From the NCBI GenBank assembly GCA_963806225.1, contig CAWDXG010000004.1, positions 416,001 through 480,000 on the forward strand: DNA of 64,000 nt, written 5' to 3'. This document shows positions 11,491-20,789 of this stretch, piece after piece. The number at the start of each line of letters is the position of its first letter. Position 1 is the stretch's first letter. Made by a program: the position numbers and the translations under genes. The stretch is from an uncultured delta proteobacterium. GTDB lineage: Bacteria; Myxococcota_A; Polyangia; Polyangiales; Polyangiaceae. The notes below the pieces were generated by a model. The model made no database searches. It was not told the DNA's origin and was given only the letters and a program-made list of their open reading frames with translations.

Positions 11491-12450
11491 ATGGGACACC
11501 TCGTCGAAGGCAAGTGGACGAGCGACCGGCCCGCGGTGGATTCGAAGGGCCGCTTCATCCGTGCACAGACGTCATTCCGCGATCGCATCACGGCCGACGG
11601 GTCCAGCGGTTTCCCCGCCGAAGCCGGGCGCTATCACCTGTACGTGGCGCTCGCCTGCCCCTGGGCGCACCGCACGCTCATCACCTGCAGGCTGAAGAAA
11701 CTGGACGGCGCCATCGGCATCAGCACCTGCGAGGCGCTGCTGGGTGAAAATGGCTGGCACTTCAGCGAAGGCACCCCCGACATTCCCGACGGCGCCGACG
11801 GCCCGGGCTACCTCAAGGAGCTCTATGTCCACGCCAGATCCGACTACACCGGCCGCGTCAGCGTGCCGGTGCTGTGGGACAGGAAGCGCCAGACCATCGT
11901 CAACAACGAGTCACGCGAGATCATCCGCATGCTCGACCACGAGCTGGACGCGTTCGGCGACGCCTCGGTCGATCTGTGCCCGGCCGAGCTCGCCGAAGAC
12001 GTCGAGCGCGAGATCGACGCGATGTACGAAAGCGTCAACAACGGCGTCTATCGCGCCGGCTTCGCGCGGACCCAGGAGGCCCACGAGGAGGCCGTGCGCG
12101 AGCTGTTCAACGCGCTCGACCGCTACGAAAGCCGCCTTTCGAAGCAGCGCTACCTGTGCGGCAGCCGCCTGACCGAAGCGGACATCTGCTTGTTCACGAC
12201 ACTGGTGCGCTTCGACCCCGTCTATCACTACCTGTTCAAGTGCAACCTCGGTCGCCTGCGCGACTACGACAACGTCTGGAACTACACGAAGGACGTCTTC
12301 CAGACGCCCGGCATCGGCGAGACGGTCGACCTCGATCACATCAAGCAGCACTACTTCCGCAGCATGGAGTCGATCAACCCGACCCGCATCGTCCCCGCCG
12401 GACCGCTCATCGACTACACCGAGCCCCACGACCGCGCGCGCTTCGGCTGA
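11491..12450 (+). CDS. Glutathionyl-hydroquinone reductase (Xi-class GST, YqjG-like)
   Basis: GRYHLYVALACPWAHR, YTGRVSVPVLWD, IVNNES, NNGVYRAGFA, RFDPVY, IKQHY...INPTRIVP. Confidence 0.93.
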   Translation: MGHLVEGKWTSDRPAVDSKGRFIRAQTSFRDRITADGSSGFPAEAGRYHLYVALACPWAHRTLITCRLKKLDGAIGISTCEALLGENGWHFSEGTPDIPDGADGPGYLKELYVHARSDYTGRVSVPVLWDRKRQTIVNNESREIIRMLDHELDAFGDASVDLCPAELAEDVEREIDAMYESVNNGVYRAGFARTQEAHEEAVRELFNALDRYESRLSKQRYLCGSRLTEADICLFTTLVRFDPVYHYLFKCNLGRLRDYDNVWNYTKDVFQTPGIGETVDLDHIKQHYFRSMESINPTRIVPAGPLIDYTEPHDRARFG

Positions 12451-12623
12451 TCCCCGCGCGCGCACGCCCGTGGGGGGAGGCATGGCCGCAGGGCTGCCCC
12501 CCGCCCTGCGCCGCGCTCGCGCGCGGCGCCACGCTGTCCGGTGCGGCGTGCTCGCTGCCGCTGCGCCGCCGCGGGGCCCCAAGGCCGGCCGCTCCGCGTC
12601 CGCCCGGGCCCCCAATCTCCCAT

Positions 12624-12729
12624 GCGCATTTCCACCTTCCGGGACGCCCCACAGCACCGAAATGCACGCCTCACGCGCATTTCCGCCCTCCGGGACGCCC
12701 GACAGCACCGAAATGCACGCCTCACGCGC
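12624..12729. repeat. Intergenic 51-bp tandem repeat (2 near-identical copies), each with an internal inverted repeat
   Basis: Unit gcgcatttccaccttccgggacgccccacagcaccgaaatgcacgcctcac at 12624 and 12675; GCATTTC/GAAATGC are complementary within each unit. Confidence 0.9.
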
Positions 12730-12817
12730 CCTCGTGCCGGCCGAAACTGTGGCGTCTCGCGCGACGGTTGATCGCTGTCCACGCTCGAGTCGGGCGGGTT
12801 TGGTATGTAGTACGAAC

Positions 12818-13324
12818 GTGGACAAGCCGAGCAGGATCCCCGGCGTGGCGCCCGGACGCGGGCCGCGTGGAGGCGGCGCTCTGCGGCTGTTCAACTTCGA
12901 GCGGCGCTGGCTCGTTTCCGTGTTCGCGGTGGTGATCCCGGCGGGCGTCGACCCGCGCATGCCCTACGGCGCGGAGCAGGCACCGATGAACCGCTTCGTC
13001 GACGATCTCCTGGGCCACGCTCCCCTGCAGTTCGTGATCGGGCTGCGCGCGTGCCTGTGGATGATGATGCTCTCGCCGCTGTTCCTGCTCGGCCGCCTGC
13101 GCACTTTCCTCGGCGTGGAGCCCGCGACGCAGCTCGCACTGCTCGACCGCTTCCGCACGAGCAGCATCTACCTCGTGCGCGAGACGCCGCTCCTGTTCAA
13201 GACGGTGGGTTGCCTCGGCTTCTGCGGGCTGCCGCCGGTGCAGCGCGAGCTCGGCATCCATCCGACAGACGCGACGCCGCCGGAGTGGGCGCGCGCCCTG
13301 CCAGCGGCGAAGGACGAGTCATGA
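12818..13324 (+). CDS. Hypothetical small partner protein coupled to the GMC oxidoreductase
   Basis: GTG 12818; protein-like composition; TGA overlaps the ATG of the GMC gene. Confidence 0.7.
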   Translation: MDKPSRIPGVAPGRGPRGGGALRLFNFERRWLVSVFAVVIPAGVDPRMPYGAEQAPMNRFVDDLLGHAPLQFVIGLRACLWMMMLSPLFLLGRLRTFLGVEPATQLALLDRFRTSSIYLVRETPLLFKTVGCLGFCGLPPVQRELGIHPTDATPPEWARALPAAKDES

Positions 13325-14865
13325 GCGGCGCGCGGCTCTCGCTCCGCGATGTCTACGGGCGGCGCCTGGTCGAAGACATCGCCAACGTCGTCATCATCGG
13401 CAGCGGCGCCTCGGGTGCGACCGCTGCGCGCGTGCTGACGGAAGCGGGCCTGGAAGTCGTGATGCTCGAGGAAGGGCCGCACGTACCGACAGAGGAACTC
13501 CGCGGCGACATGTACACCGCGTTCAAACGCGTGTGGCGCGACATGGGCCTGCAGGTGGCGGGTGGGCGCGCCTTCACGCCAATCCTGCAGGGCCGCTGCG
13601 TCGGCGGCACCACGGCCGTGAACGGCGCGATCATCCACCGCATTCCCGAGCCGATCCACGCGATCTGGCAGCGCGAACACGGCGTCGGCGCGCCCTTCGG
13701 CTACGGCGACCTCGAGCGCGTCTACGATCAGCTCGACCGCGAGCTCTCGGTGGATCGCGCTCCGGAAGCCGTGCTCGGCGAGAACGCCAAGCTCATGCGG
13801 CAGGGCATTGCCGCGCTCGGCTGGACGGGCAACGAGATCCGCCGAAACGTGAGTGACTGCCAGGGCTCGGCGCACTGCAACCAGGGCTGCCCCACGGCGC
13901 GCCGGCAGAGCATGAACAACTCGTACGTGCCGCGCGCCGTCGAAGCGGGTGCGCGGCTGTACGCAACGTGCAGAGCCGAGCGGTTCATCGTGGAGGGCGG
14001 GCGCGCCGTGGGCGTGACAGGCCGCTTCGTCGATCCGCTGACCGGCGAGCGCGGTCCGCGGCTCCGTGTGCGGGCGCGCCACGCCGTCGTGGTCGCCGCG
14101 AGCGCCATCCAGACGCCGCTCCTGCTTTCGGACAACGGCATCGGACGCTCGTCGGGCCTGGTCGGACAGCGCCTGCAGGCGCATCCAGGCACGGGCATCG
14201 TCGGCATCTTCGACAAGCCCGTCGAGATCTGGTTCGGCGCGACGCAGGGCTACGAGTCGACGCATTTCTGGGACGAGTACATGAAGTTCGAGACGGTAAG
14301 CATGCCGCTCGAATTCGCGGCGGCGCGCTTTCCCGGCGTGGGTCCCGAACTGATGCGCGAAATCGGCGACTATGGCCACGTCGCGATCTGGGGCGTGCAG
14401 GTGCGCGCGCAGGCGCAGGGCCGCGTGAGACGCCCGCTCTTCGGCGGTACCCGCATCGACTACGACATGACCGACCAGGACATCCGCGTGCTCAAGCTCG
14501 GCGTGAAGCGGCTGGTCGAGATGATGTTCGCGGCCGGCGCGCGCGAGGTGCTGCCCGGCGTGCACGGCCTGCCCGATCGCATCAGCTCGGTCGACCCGAT
14601 CGAACGCATCTTCGATCTGCCCGACGACCCGCGCTACTTCCACTGCATAGCGGCGCACCTGTTCGGCACGGCAAAGATGGGGCTCGGCGCCTCCAGCAGC
14701 GTGGTCGGCCCCGAGCTCGAGGCGCACGACCTCCGCGGCCTGTACGTCTTCGACTCGTCTGTCTTTCCCACCAACATGGGCGTCAACCCGCAGCATACGA
14801 TCTGCGCCATGGCATGGCTGGCGTCCGAACGCCTCGCCGATCGCCTCGCCGATCGCCTCGCTTGA
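13321..14865 (+). CDS. GMC family FAD oxidoreductase (fatty-alcohol oxidase-like)
   Basis: IIGSGASG, GRCVGGTTAVNG, C.GSAHCNQGCP, AHLFGT, D.SVFPT..GVNP. Confidence 0.9.
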   Translation: MSGARLSLRDVYGRRLVEDIANVVIIGSGASGATAARVLTEAGLEVVMLEEGPHVPTEELRGDMYTAFKRVWRDMGLQVAGGRAFTPILQGRCVGGTTAVNGAIIHRIPEPIHAIWQREHGVGAPFGYGDLERVYDQLDRELSVDRAPEAVLGENAKLMRQGIAALGWTGNEIRRNVSDCQGSAHCNQGCPTARRQSMNNSYVPRAVEAGARLYATCRAERFIVEGGRAVGVTGRFVDPLTGERGPRLRVRARHAVVVAASAIQTPLLLSDNGIGRSSGLVGQRLQAHPGTGIVGIFDKPVEIWFGATQGYESTHFWDEYMKFETVSMPLEFAAARFPGVGPELMREIGDYGHVAIWGVQVRAQAQGRVRRPLFGGTRIDYDMTDQDIRVLKLGVKRLVEMMFAAGAREVLPGVHGLPDRISSVDPIERIFDLPDDPRYFHCIAAHLFGTAKMGLGASSSVVGPELEAHDLRGLYVFDSSVFPTNMGVNPQHTICAMAWLASERLADRLADRLA

Positions 14866-14870
14866 CGTTG

Positions 14871-14959
14871 CTGGCTCGGCCCGCTGGAGGGGGAAAGTCG
14901 GGTAGGCCCGGGCGTTGCCGCCGGGGCCTACCCGACTTCACCCCCCCGAAGCCGAGCAG
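14871..14959. terminator. Long GC-rich hairpin between convergent genes (probable bidirectional terminator)
   Basis: Perfect 15-bp arms aagtcgggtaggccc (14895-14909) / gggcctacccgactt (14924-14938) plus inner and outer pairing. Confidence 0.65.
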
Positions 14960-14966
14960 GCGAGAA

Positions 14967-16191
14967 CTACGGGAAGCTCTTGAACAGGTCCGAGAGGTCC
15001 TGGGTGCCGGCGTTGCCCGCCGCGCGCAGCAGCGGCTTGACGTTGAAGATCTCCTGCATGGTCTTCAGCGTGGAGCTGTGATCGTAGGCGGTGTTGTTGG
15101 TGTAGCCGCCGGCCTTGGACTCGGGCGAGAGCACCATCATGCCGATCGGGCAATTTCCCAGAACGCAGCAGGCCGAACCACCTGTGATGCTGCTCTCGGC
15201 CTCGTCCCAGGTGATGAAGATGGCGCCGCCATCCTTGTAGACCTGCGAGCCGGTGATCTTCGGAATCCACTTCGCGAGCCAGTTGTCGCCCTGCTTGACC
15301 TCGTTGTTCTCGGGCGCGCACTTCGAGTGCATGTCGTGGCACTGGTTCGGCGTCACCAGGTTGTACTGGGCGACGGTGTTGTTCTTGAGGTCCGCGTCGA
15401 GCTCGGTCAGCGGCCGGTCGTGCGTGATGCAGTATTGCGAGTTCGGGTCGTTGGTGTTCGTCACATCGTCGAAGAAGACCATCGGGTCGTGCTTCGGCTT
15501 GTAGTTGCCGACACTGGTCAGCGGGCAGACCTTGCCGCTGATGTCCTCCTGGTACGCCCGCCAGGTGACGCCCGCCTTCTTCATGTAGCTGACGAGGTGG
15601 TCGGTCGTGCTCTGGTGGTTGCTGGACGGATCGTTGTCGTTGCTGATGCCGAGGTTGTTGCCGGCCTCCAGCCAGATGTAGTTGGGCTCGCTGGGATGCA
15701 GGTTGCCGCCGTTTGGCCCCTTGTAGTTGGTCGCCGATGCGGCCTGCGGCAGGATGCGTCTTGTTGATGTAGGGCGCGTCCGCGCTGCCGTGGACCTCGC
15801 ACCAAGCCTTGTTCTCCATGATGATGAGGAACACGGTCTTGATGGCGTGGGCGCCGCTCGCTCCGCCTGTACCGCCCGTGCCGCCGGTCGCCGTGCCGCC
15901 CGTGCCGCCGGTCGCCGTGCCGCCCGTGCCGCCGATCGCCGTGCCGCCCGTGCCGCCGATCGCCGTGCCACCCGTGCCGCCGGTCGCCGTGCCGCCCGTG
16001 CCGCCGGTCGCCGTGCCGCCCGTGCCGCCGGTCGCCGTGCCGCCGCTGCCGCCCGTGGACGAGCCGCTGCTGCCGCCCGAGGCGCCCGCATCCGTGCCGC
16101 CGCTGCCGCCGCTCGAGCTCGAGCTCGAGCCGCAGCCCCCAGCCAGGGCCAGGGCCATTCCGCCCACAAGCATCACCAACGAAGCACGCAT
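14967..16191 (-). CDS. Phosphoesterase / acid phosphatase family lipoprotein; frameshift near 15760
   Basis: Lipobox LAGGC, Gly/Thr linker, IKTVFLIIMENK, HPSEPNY, Y.PKHDP, P..CHDMH, FITWDE, YDHSSTLKT. Frames join at PYINKT/ILPQA. Confidence 0.85.
15872..16044. repeat. Coding 24-bp tandem repeat, 7 copies (GGTATGGT/GGTAIGGT linker)
   Basis: Unit ccgcccgtgccgccggtcgccgtg repeated from 15872. Confidence 0.95.
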
Positions 16192-16353
16192 CTGCTGTTC
16201 CTTCCAACGGCATTGAAGCCCTCGGCTCCAGCTGGAATGGCGTGGAGCTGCGATTGGCGACCGTCGAGCCGAGCATAGCCTCGAAACGGATTGACGTCGA
16301 TCAGGCGATGCCGTCTGCCCGGGCGCCGCCCTCCGTGCTATCACGCAGCCGCC

Positions 16354-17669
16354 GTGACCGAGCGCGCTGATCTCCTGATCTTCCGGAACATCCGCAGCTT
16401 CGATCCCGCGCAGGGGCTCGACCAGACGGGCGACGTGGTCGTCGAGTCCGGCCGTATCACCCGCCTGGGCCCGGACGCAGCCGGCGATCTCGCGAGGGCG
16501 TCGGGCGCGCGGGTCATCGACGGCAAGGGGCGCTGGCTCCTGCCGGCGTTCGTGGATCTGCATGCGCACCTGCGCGAGCCGGGGCAGGAGTACAAGGAGG
16601 ACATCGCCTCCGGTCTGGCTGCCGCGGCGGCCGGCGGCTACGCGCACGTGTGCGTGATGCCCAACACCAAGCCGGTGAACGACACGCGCGCCGTCACCGA
16701 GATGATGCTGCGCCGCGCGGCCGAGGTCGGCGGAACACGCCTGCACCCAATCGGCGCCATCACGCTGGGCCAGAAGGGCCAGGAGCTGACCGAGATGGCC
16801 GAACTGCGCGAAGCCGGCGCGGTCGCGGTCAGCGACGACGGCGTGTGCGTGATGTCGAGCGCCGTGATGCGCCGCGCGCTCGAGTACGCGAAGAACTTCG
16901 ACATGCCCGTGATCCAGCACGCCGAGGATCACGAGCTGACGGCGAACGCCGAGATGAACGAGGGCGCCGTGTCCACGCGGCTCGGGCTCAGCGGCTGGCC
17001 GCGCGTCGCCGAGGACATCATCATCGCGCGCGACGTGCTGCTCGCCGAATACGTGAGCGCGCGCTACCACGCCGCGCACATCTCCACGCGCGGCGCGGTG
17101 CGCATCCTGCGCGAGGCCAAGAGCCGCGGGCTCCAGGTCACCTGCGAGGTCACGCCGCATCACCTGCTGCTGACGGACGCGGCGGTGATCGGCTACGACA
17201 CGGCCTGCAAGGTCAACCCGCCGCTTGCGCGAGGAAGAAGACGTGGCGGCGCTGCGCGAGGCGCTCGCCGACGGCACCATCGACGCCATCGCCACCGATC
17301 ACGCACCGCACTCGCCGCTGGAAAAGGACTGCGAGTTCCCGGAAGCGTCGCCGGGCCTGATGGGGCTCGAGCTGTGTTTCGGGCTTCTGTTAGAAGCCGT
17401 AGGACAGGGCCCTGGGCTCGAACGTCTGGTCGATGCGCTGTCCACGCGCCCGGCGCGGATCGCGGGCATCGAGCCCCCTGCCCTGCGCGAGGGCGCGCTC
17501 GCCGAGCTCGTGCTCGTCGACCCCGAAGCGCGCTGGGTGCCGGCGAAGACGCCGCTCCAGTCGAAGAGCCGCAACACGCCGTTCCTCGAGCACGAGCTCG
17601 AGGGTCGCGTATTGATGACGCTCGTCGGCGGCGACATCGTCTTCGAAGCCCCCGAGGTGGGCGGCGTGA
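16354..17669 (+). CDS. pyrC: Dihydroorotase; frameshift near 17227; as assembled it reads in frame into carA
   Basis: DLHAHLREPG, MPNTKP, HAED, HIST, EVTPHHL, KVNPPL, ATDHAPH, SKSRNTPF. Confidence 0.9.
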
Positions 17670-18831
17670 GCGCGCCGGAGAAAGCCTACCTCGCCCTGGC
17701 CGACGGCACGCTATTCGAGGGCGAAGCCTGGGGCGCCGAGGGCAGCACCAGCGGCGAGGTCGTGTTCACGACCGGCATGACCGGCTACCAGGAAGTGCTG
17801 ACCGATCCGTCCTACACCGGGCAGATCGTCACCATGACGGCGCCGCATATCGGCAACACCGGCATCAACGCCGAGCGATCCGGAAAGCGTCGACGGCAAG
17901 CCGCGCGTGGCCGGCTTCGTGGTACGCGCGCTGAGTCCCGCGCCGTCCAGCTGGCGCTCCGAGCAGAGCCTGGACGACTACCTGGCAGAGCACGGCATCG
18001 TGGCCATCACCGGCGTGGACACGCGCCGGCTCACGCGCCTCATCCGCGACCGCGGCGCACAGAACGGCTGCATCGGCACGGAAGATCCGGACACGCTGGT
18101 CGACCGCGCCAAGGCCGCACCGAAGATGGAAGGGCTCGACCTCGTCTCGCGCGTCACGCCGGAGAAGCGCTACGAGTTCACCGAGAGCCGCGGCGCGTGG
18201 CAGGTGCCGTTCGATCCCGAGGAGCTGGTCGCCCCCGGCACGCACCCCGTCGAGGAGCGCCGCGAGCCTGCACGTCGTGGCCATGGACTTCGGCGCCAAG
18301 CGCAACATCCTGCGCTGCCTGGTCGACGCGGGCTGCCGCGTCACGGCGGTGCCGGCGACGCACCAGCGCCGAGGACATCCTCGCGCTGTCGCCCGACGGC
18401 GTGTTCCTGTCGAACGGCCCGGGCGATCCGGCCGCCGTGGGCTACGCCGTCGACACGCATCAAGGCGCTGCTCGGCAAAGAAGCCCATTTTCGGCATCTG
18501 CCTCGGCCACCAGCTGCTTGGCCCGCGCGCTCGGCGCGAGCACCTACAAGCTGAAGTTCGGCCACCGCGGGCTGAACCAGCCGGTCAAGGATCTGACAAC
18601 GGGCCGCGTGGAGATCACGACGCAGAACCACGGCTTCGTCGTGGACGTGGATTCAATCGGCGACCGCGCGAAGACCACGCACCTGCACCTGAACGACGGC
18701 ACCAGCGAGGGCCTCGACGGCGCCCGATGCGCTAGCCTTCAGCGTGCAGTACCACCCTGAAGCCGCCGCCGGCCCGCACGACGCCCTGTATCTGTTCGAG
18801 CGCTTCCGCGAGGCGATGGAGCGCGCGCTAG
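17666..18831 (+). CDS. carA: Carbamoyl-phosphate synthase small subunit, broken by several indels
   Basis: [75 protein letters not shown], spread across different frames. Confidence 0.9.
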
Positions 18832-18849
18832 CCAGCCCGCCCGCCGAAG

Positions 18850-20268
18850 CGACCTCCCCGCACCATCCACTTCGTCAGCCTCGGCTGCCCGAAGAACCGC
18901 GTCGACAGCGAGGTGATGCTCGGCGTAGCCGAGCGCGCCGGCTACCGGCACGTGGGCGACGCCGAGCGAGGCCGAGGTCATCGTGGTCAACACCTGCGGC
19001 TTCATCGACGCGGCCAAGAAGGAATCCATCGACACCATCCTGGAGCTGGCCGAGCACAAGCAGAGCGGCCGCTGCGAAAAGCTCGTGGTCGCGGGCTGCT
19101 TGAGCCAGCGCTACCCGGAAGAGCTGTCCGAGGGCATGCCCGAGGTCGATCACTTCCTCGGCTCGAGCGACATGCTCAAGCTCGAGGGCGTGCTGGGCGG
19201 CCGCGCCGAGCGCGTGCTGGTCGGCAACCCCGCCGACTGGGTCGTCGGCGCCGCCGATCCGCGGCGGCTCAGCACGCGCGGCGCCAGCGCCTACGTCAAG
19301 CTCGCCGAGGGCTGCAACCGCAGCTGCTCTTTCTGCGTCATCCCGGAGCTGCGCGGCAAGCAGCGCTCGCGCACGCCGTCCGACATCGTCGACGAGGTGC
19401 GCCGTCTCGCCGACGCCGGCGTGCTCGAGGTGAACCTCGTCTCGCAGGACACCGTCGCCTACGGCCGCGATCTGGCGGACGGCTCCGGCCTCGCCGACAC
19501 CGTCGCGCGCATCGCCGACGTGCCCGGCCTCCGCTGGGTGCGCCTCCACTACCTGTATCCGGAAAAGCTCGACGACGCGCTGATCGATCTGCTCGCCGAG
19601 CACCCGCGCGTCGTGCCCTACGTCGACATGCCGCTACAGCACGCCGCCGACGCGATGCTGCGCCGCATGCACCGCGGTCACGGCGGCGCGCGCCTGCGCG
19701 AGCTGGTCGAACGGCTGCGGGCGCGCGTACCCGGGCTCGTGTTCCGGACGGCGTTCATCGTCGGACACCCCGGCGAGACGGACGCCGAGTTCGACGAGCT
19801 GTGCGAGTTCGTAGAGTGGGCCCAGTTCGATCGCGTCGGCGTGTTCCGCTACAGCGACGAGCCGAGCGCACACAGCTTCGAGCTCGACGGCAAGGTCGCC
19901 GAAGCAAGACCAGCGCCGCCCGCGCCCGCAAGCTGGTGAGCCTGCAGCGGAAGATCAGCAAGCGGAAGAACCGCGCCCTGGTCGGCACGGAGCTCGACGT
20001 GCTGGTGGAGGGCCCGAGCGAAGAGAGCGAGCTCGTCATGGTCGGCCGCCACGCCGGTCAGGCGCCGGACATCGACGGCAACGTGTTCCTGTCCGGCGGC
20101 CCGGTGCTGCCCGGCCAGATGCGCCGCGTCCGCATCACGCAGGCCAGCGACTACGACCTCGTCGGCGAGGTCCTCGACGAGCTCGACGAAGCGCCGCACG
20201 CCCCCGCCAGCGCCCAGCTCGTGCACCGCCAGAGCGACGGGCGGCGCGTGCTGCGCACGGTCACCTGA
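18850..20268 (+). CDS. rimO: Ribosomal protein S12 methylthiotransferase (radical SAM + TRAM); frameshifts near 18965 and 19905; start obscured
   Basis: [39 protein letters not shown] (CX3CX2C), [25 protein letters not shown]. Confidence 0.92.
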   Translation, partial: RPPRTIHFVSLGCPKNRVDSEVMLGVAERAGYRHVGDAERGRGHRGQHLRLHRRGQEGIHRHHPGAGRAQAERPLRKARGRGLLEPALPGRAVRGHARGRSLPRLERHAQARGRAGRPRRARAGRQPRRLGRRRRRSAAAQHARRQRLRQARRGLQPQLLFLRHPGAARQAALAHAVRHRRRGAPSRRRRRARGEPRLAGHRRLRPRSGGRLRPRRHRRAHRRRARPPLGAPPLPVSGKARRRADRSARRAPARRALRRHAATARRRRDAAPHAPRSRRRAPARAGRTAAGARTRARVPDGVHRRTPRRDGRRVRRAVRVRRVGPVRSRRRVPLQRRAERTQLRARRQGRRSKTSAARARKLVSLQRKISKRKNRALVGTELDVLVEGPSEESELVMVGRHAGQAPDIDGNVFLSGGPVLPGQMRRVRITQASDYDLVGEVLDELDEAPHAPASAQLVHRQSDGRRVLRTVT

Positions 20269-20283
20269 CCGCCACGCGCCTGT

Positions 20284-20619
20284 CTATTGCGTCGGGATCC
20301 GGAACTCGATGCTCGGACTCTGGTCCTTGCCGGACACGTACCAGAGCTCGAGCTGGTCGCCGCCCTGGGCGGGCAGCGTGACATCGTAGGCCCCGTCGCC
20401 GCCGGTGATCTGGCCGTAGATGTCGGTGCTGGCGTAGTTGCGGACGTAGACCTCGGAGTTGGGCTGCACGCTGCCAGTCAGCTCGACGTTTCCGCTGCTG
20501 TCGGGCCCCGCGATGGTCGGCTTGCTAGGCGGCGGCAGCGGCAGCGTGGGAGCCAGGCACCCGCCGACGAGCAGTGCGACGGCTGCCAGGAGCAGCACGC
20601 GGCGGGTAGTCCGGGCCAT
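20284..20619 (-). CDS. Small lipoprotein with Ig-like/beta-rich domain
   Basis: Signal peptide with lipobox VGGC, then beta-strand-rich sequence. Confidence 0.75.
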   Translation of the reverse strand: MARTTRRVLLLAAVALLVGGCLAPTLPLPPPSKPTIAGPDSSGNVELTGSVQPNSEVYVRNYASTDIYGQITGGDGAYDVTLPAQGGDQLELWYVSGKDQSPSIEFRIPTQ

Positions 20620-20789
20620 CGGTGAAAGGCTAGCACGAGGCGTGCCGGTGCCTGACCCGGCCGGATCCGGGGGAAGAGCCGACCCCGGCGCCCAACCCAG
20701 TTGGTGGTCTTGCCAACGCGGTTGACGACCCGACCGGCTTTCCCTGCCCCCGGGAAGGTGCTAACCGCCGGCACGCGTTCAGGTTCCAG

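Noticed and set aside
12624..12729. Possible mini-CRISPR array
   Set aside because: Whole units repeat with no unique spacers, and no cas genes are present
15872..16044. 24-bp repeat array as CRISPR or iterons
   Set aside because: Contiguous in-frame coding repeats of a Gly/Thr linker
16354..20268. pyrC, carA and rimO as pseudogenes or programmed frameshifts
   Set aside because: Motifs are intact, indels are clustered and no slippery sites were recognised; assembly error is more parsimonious
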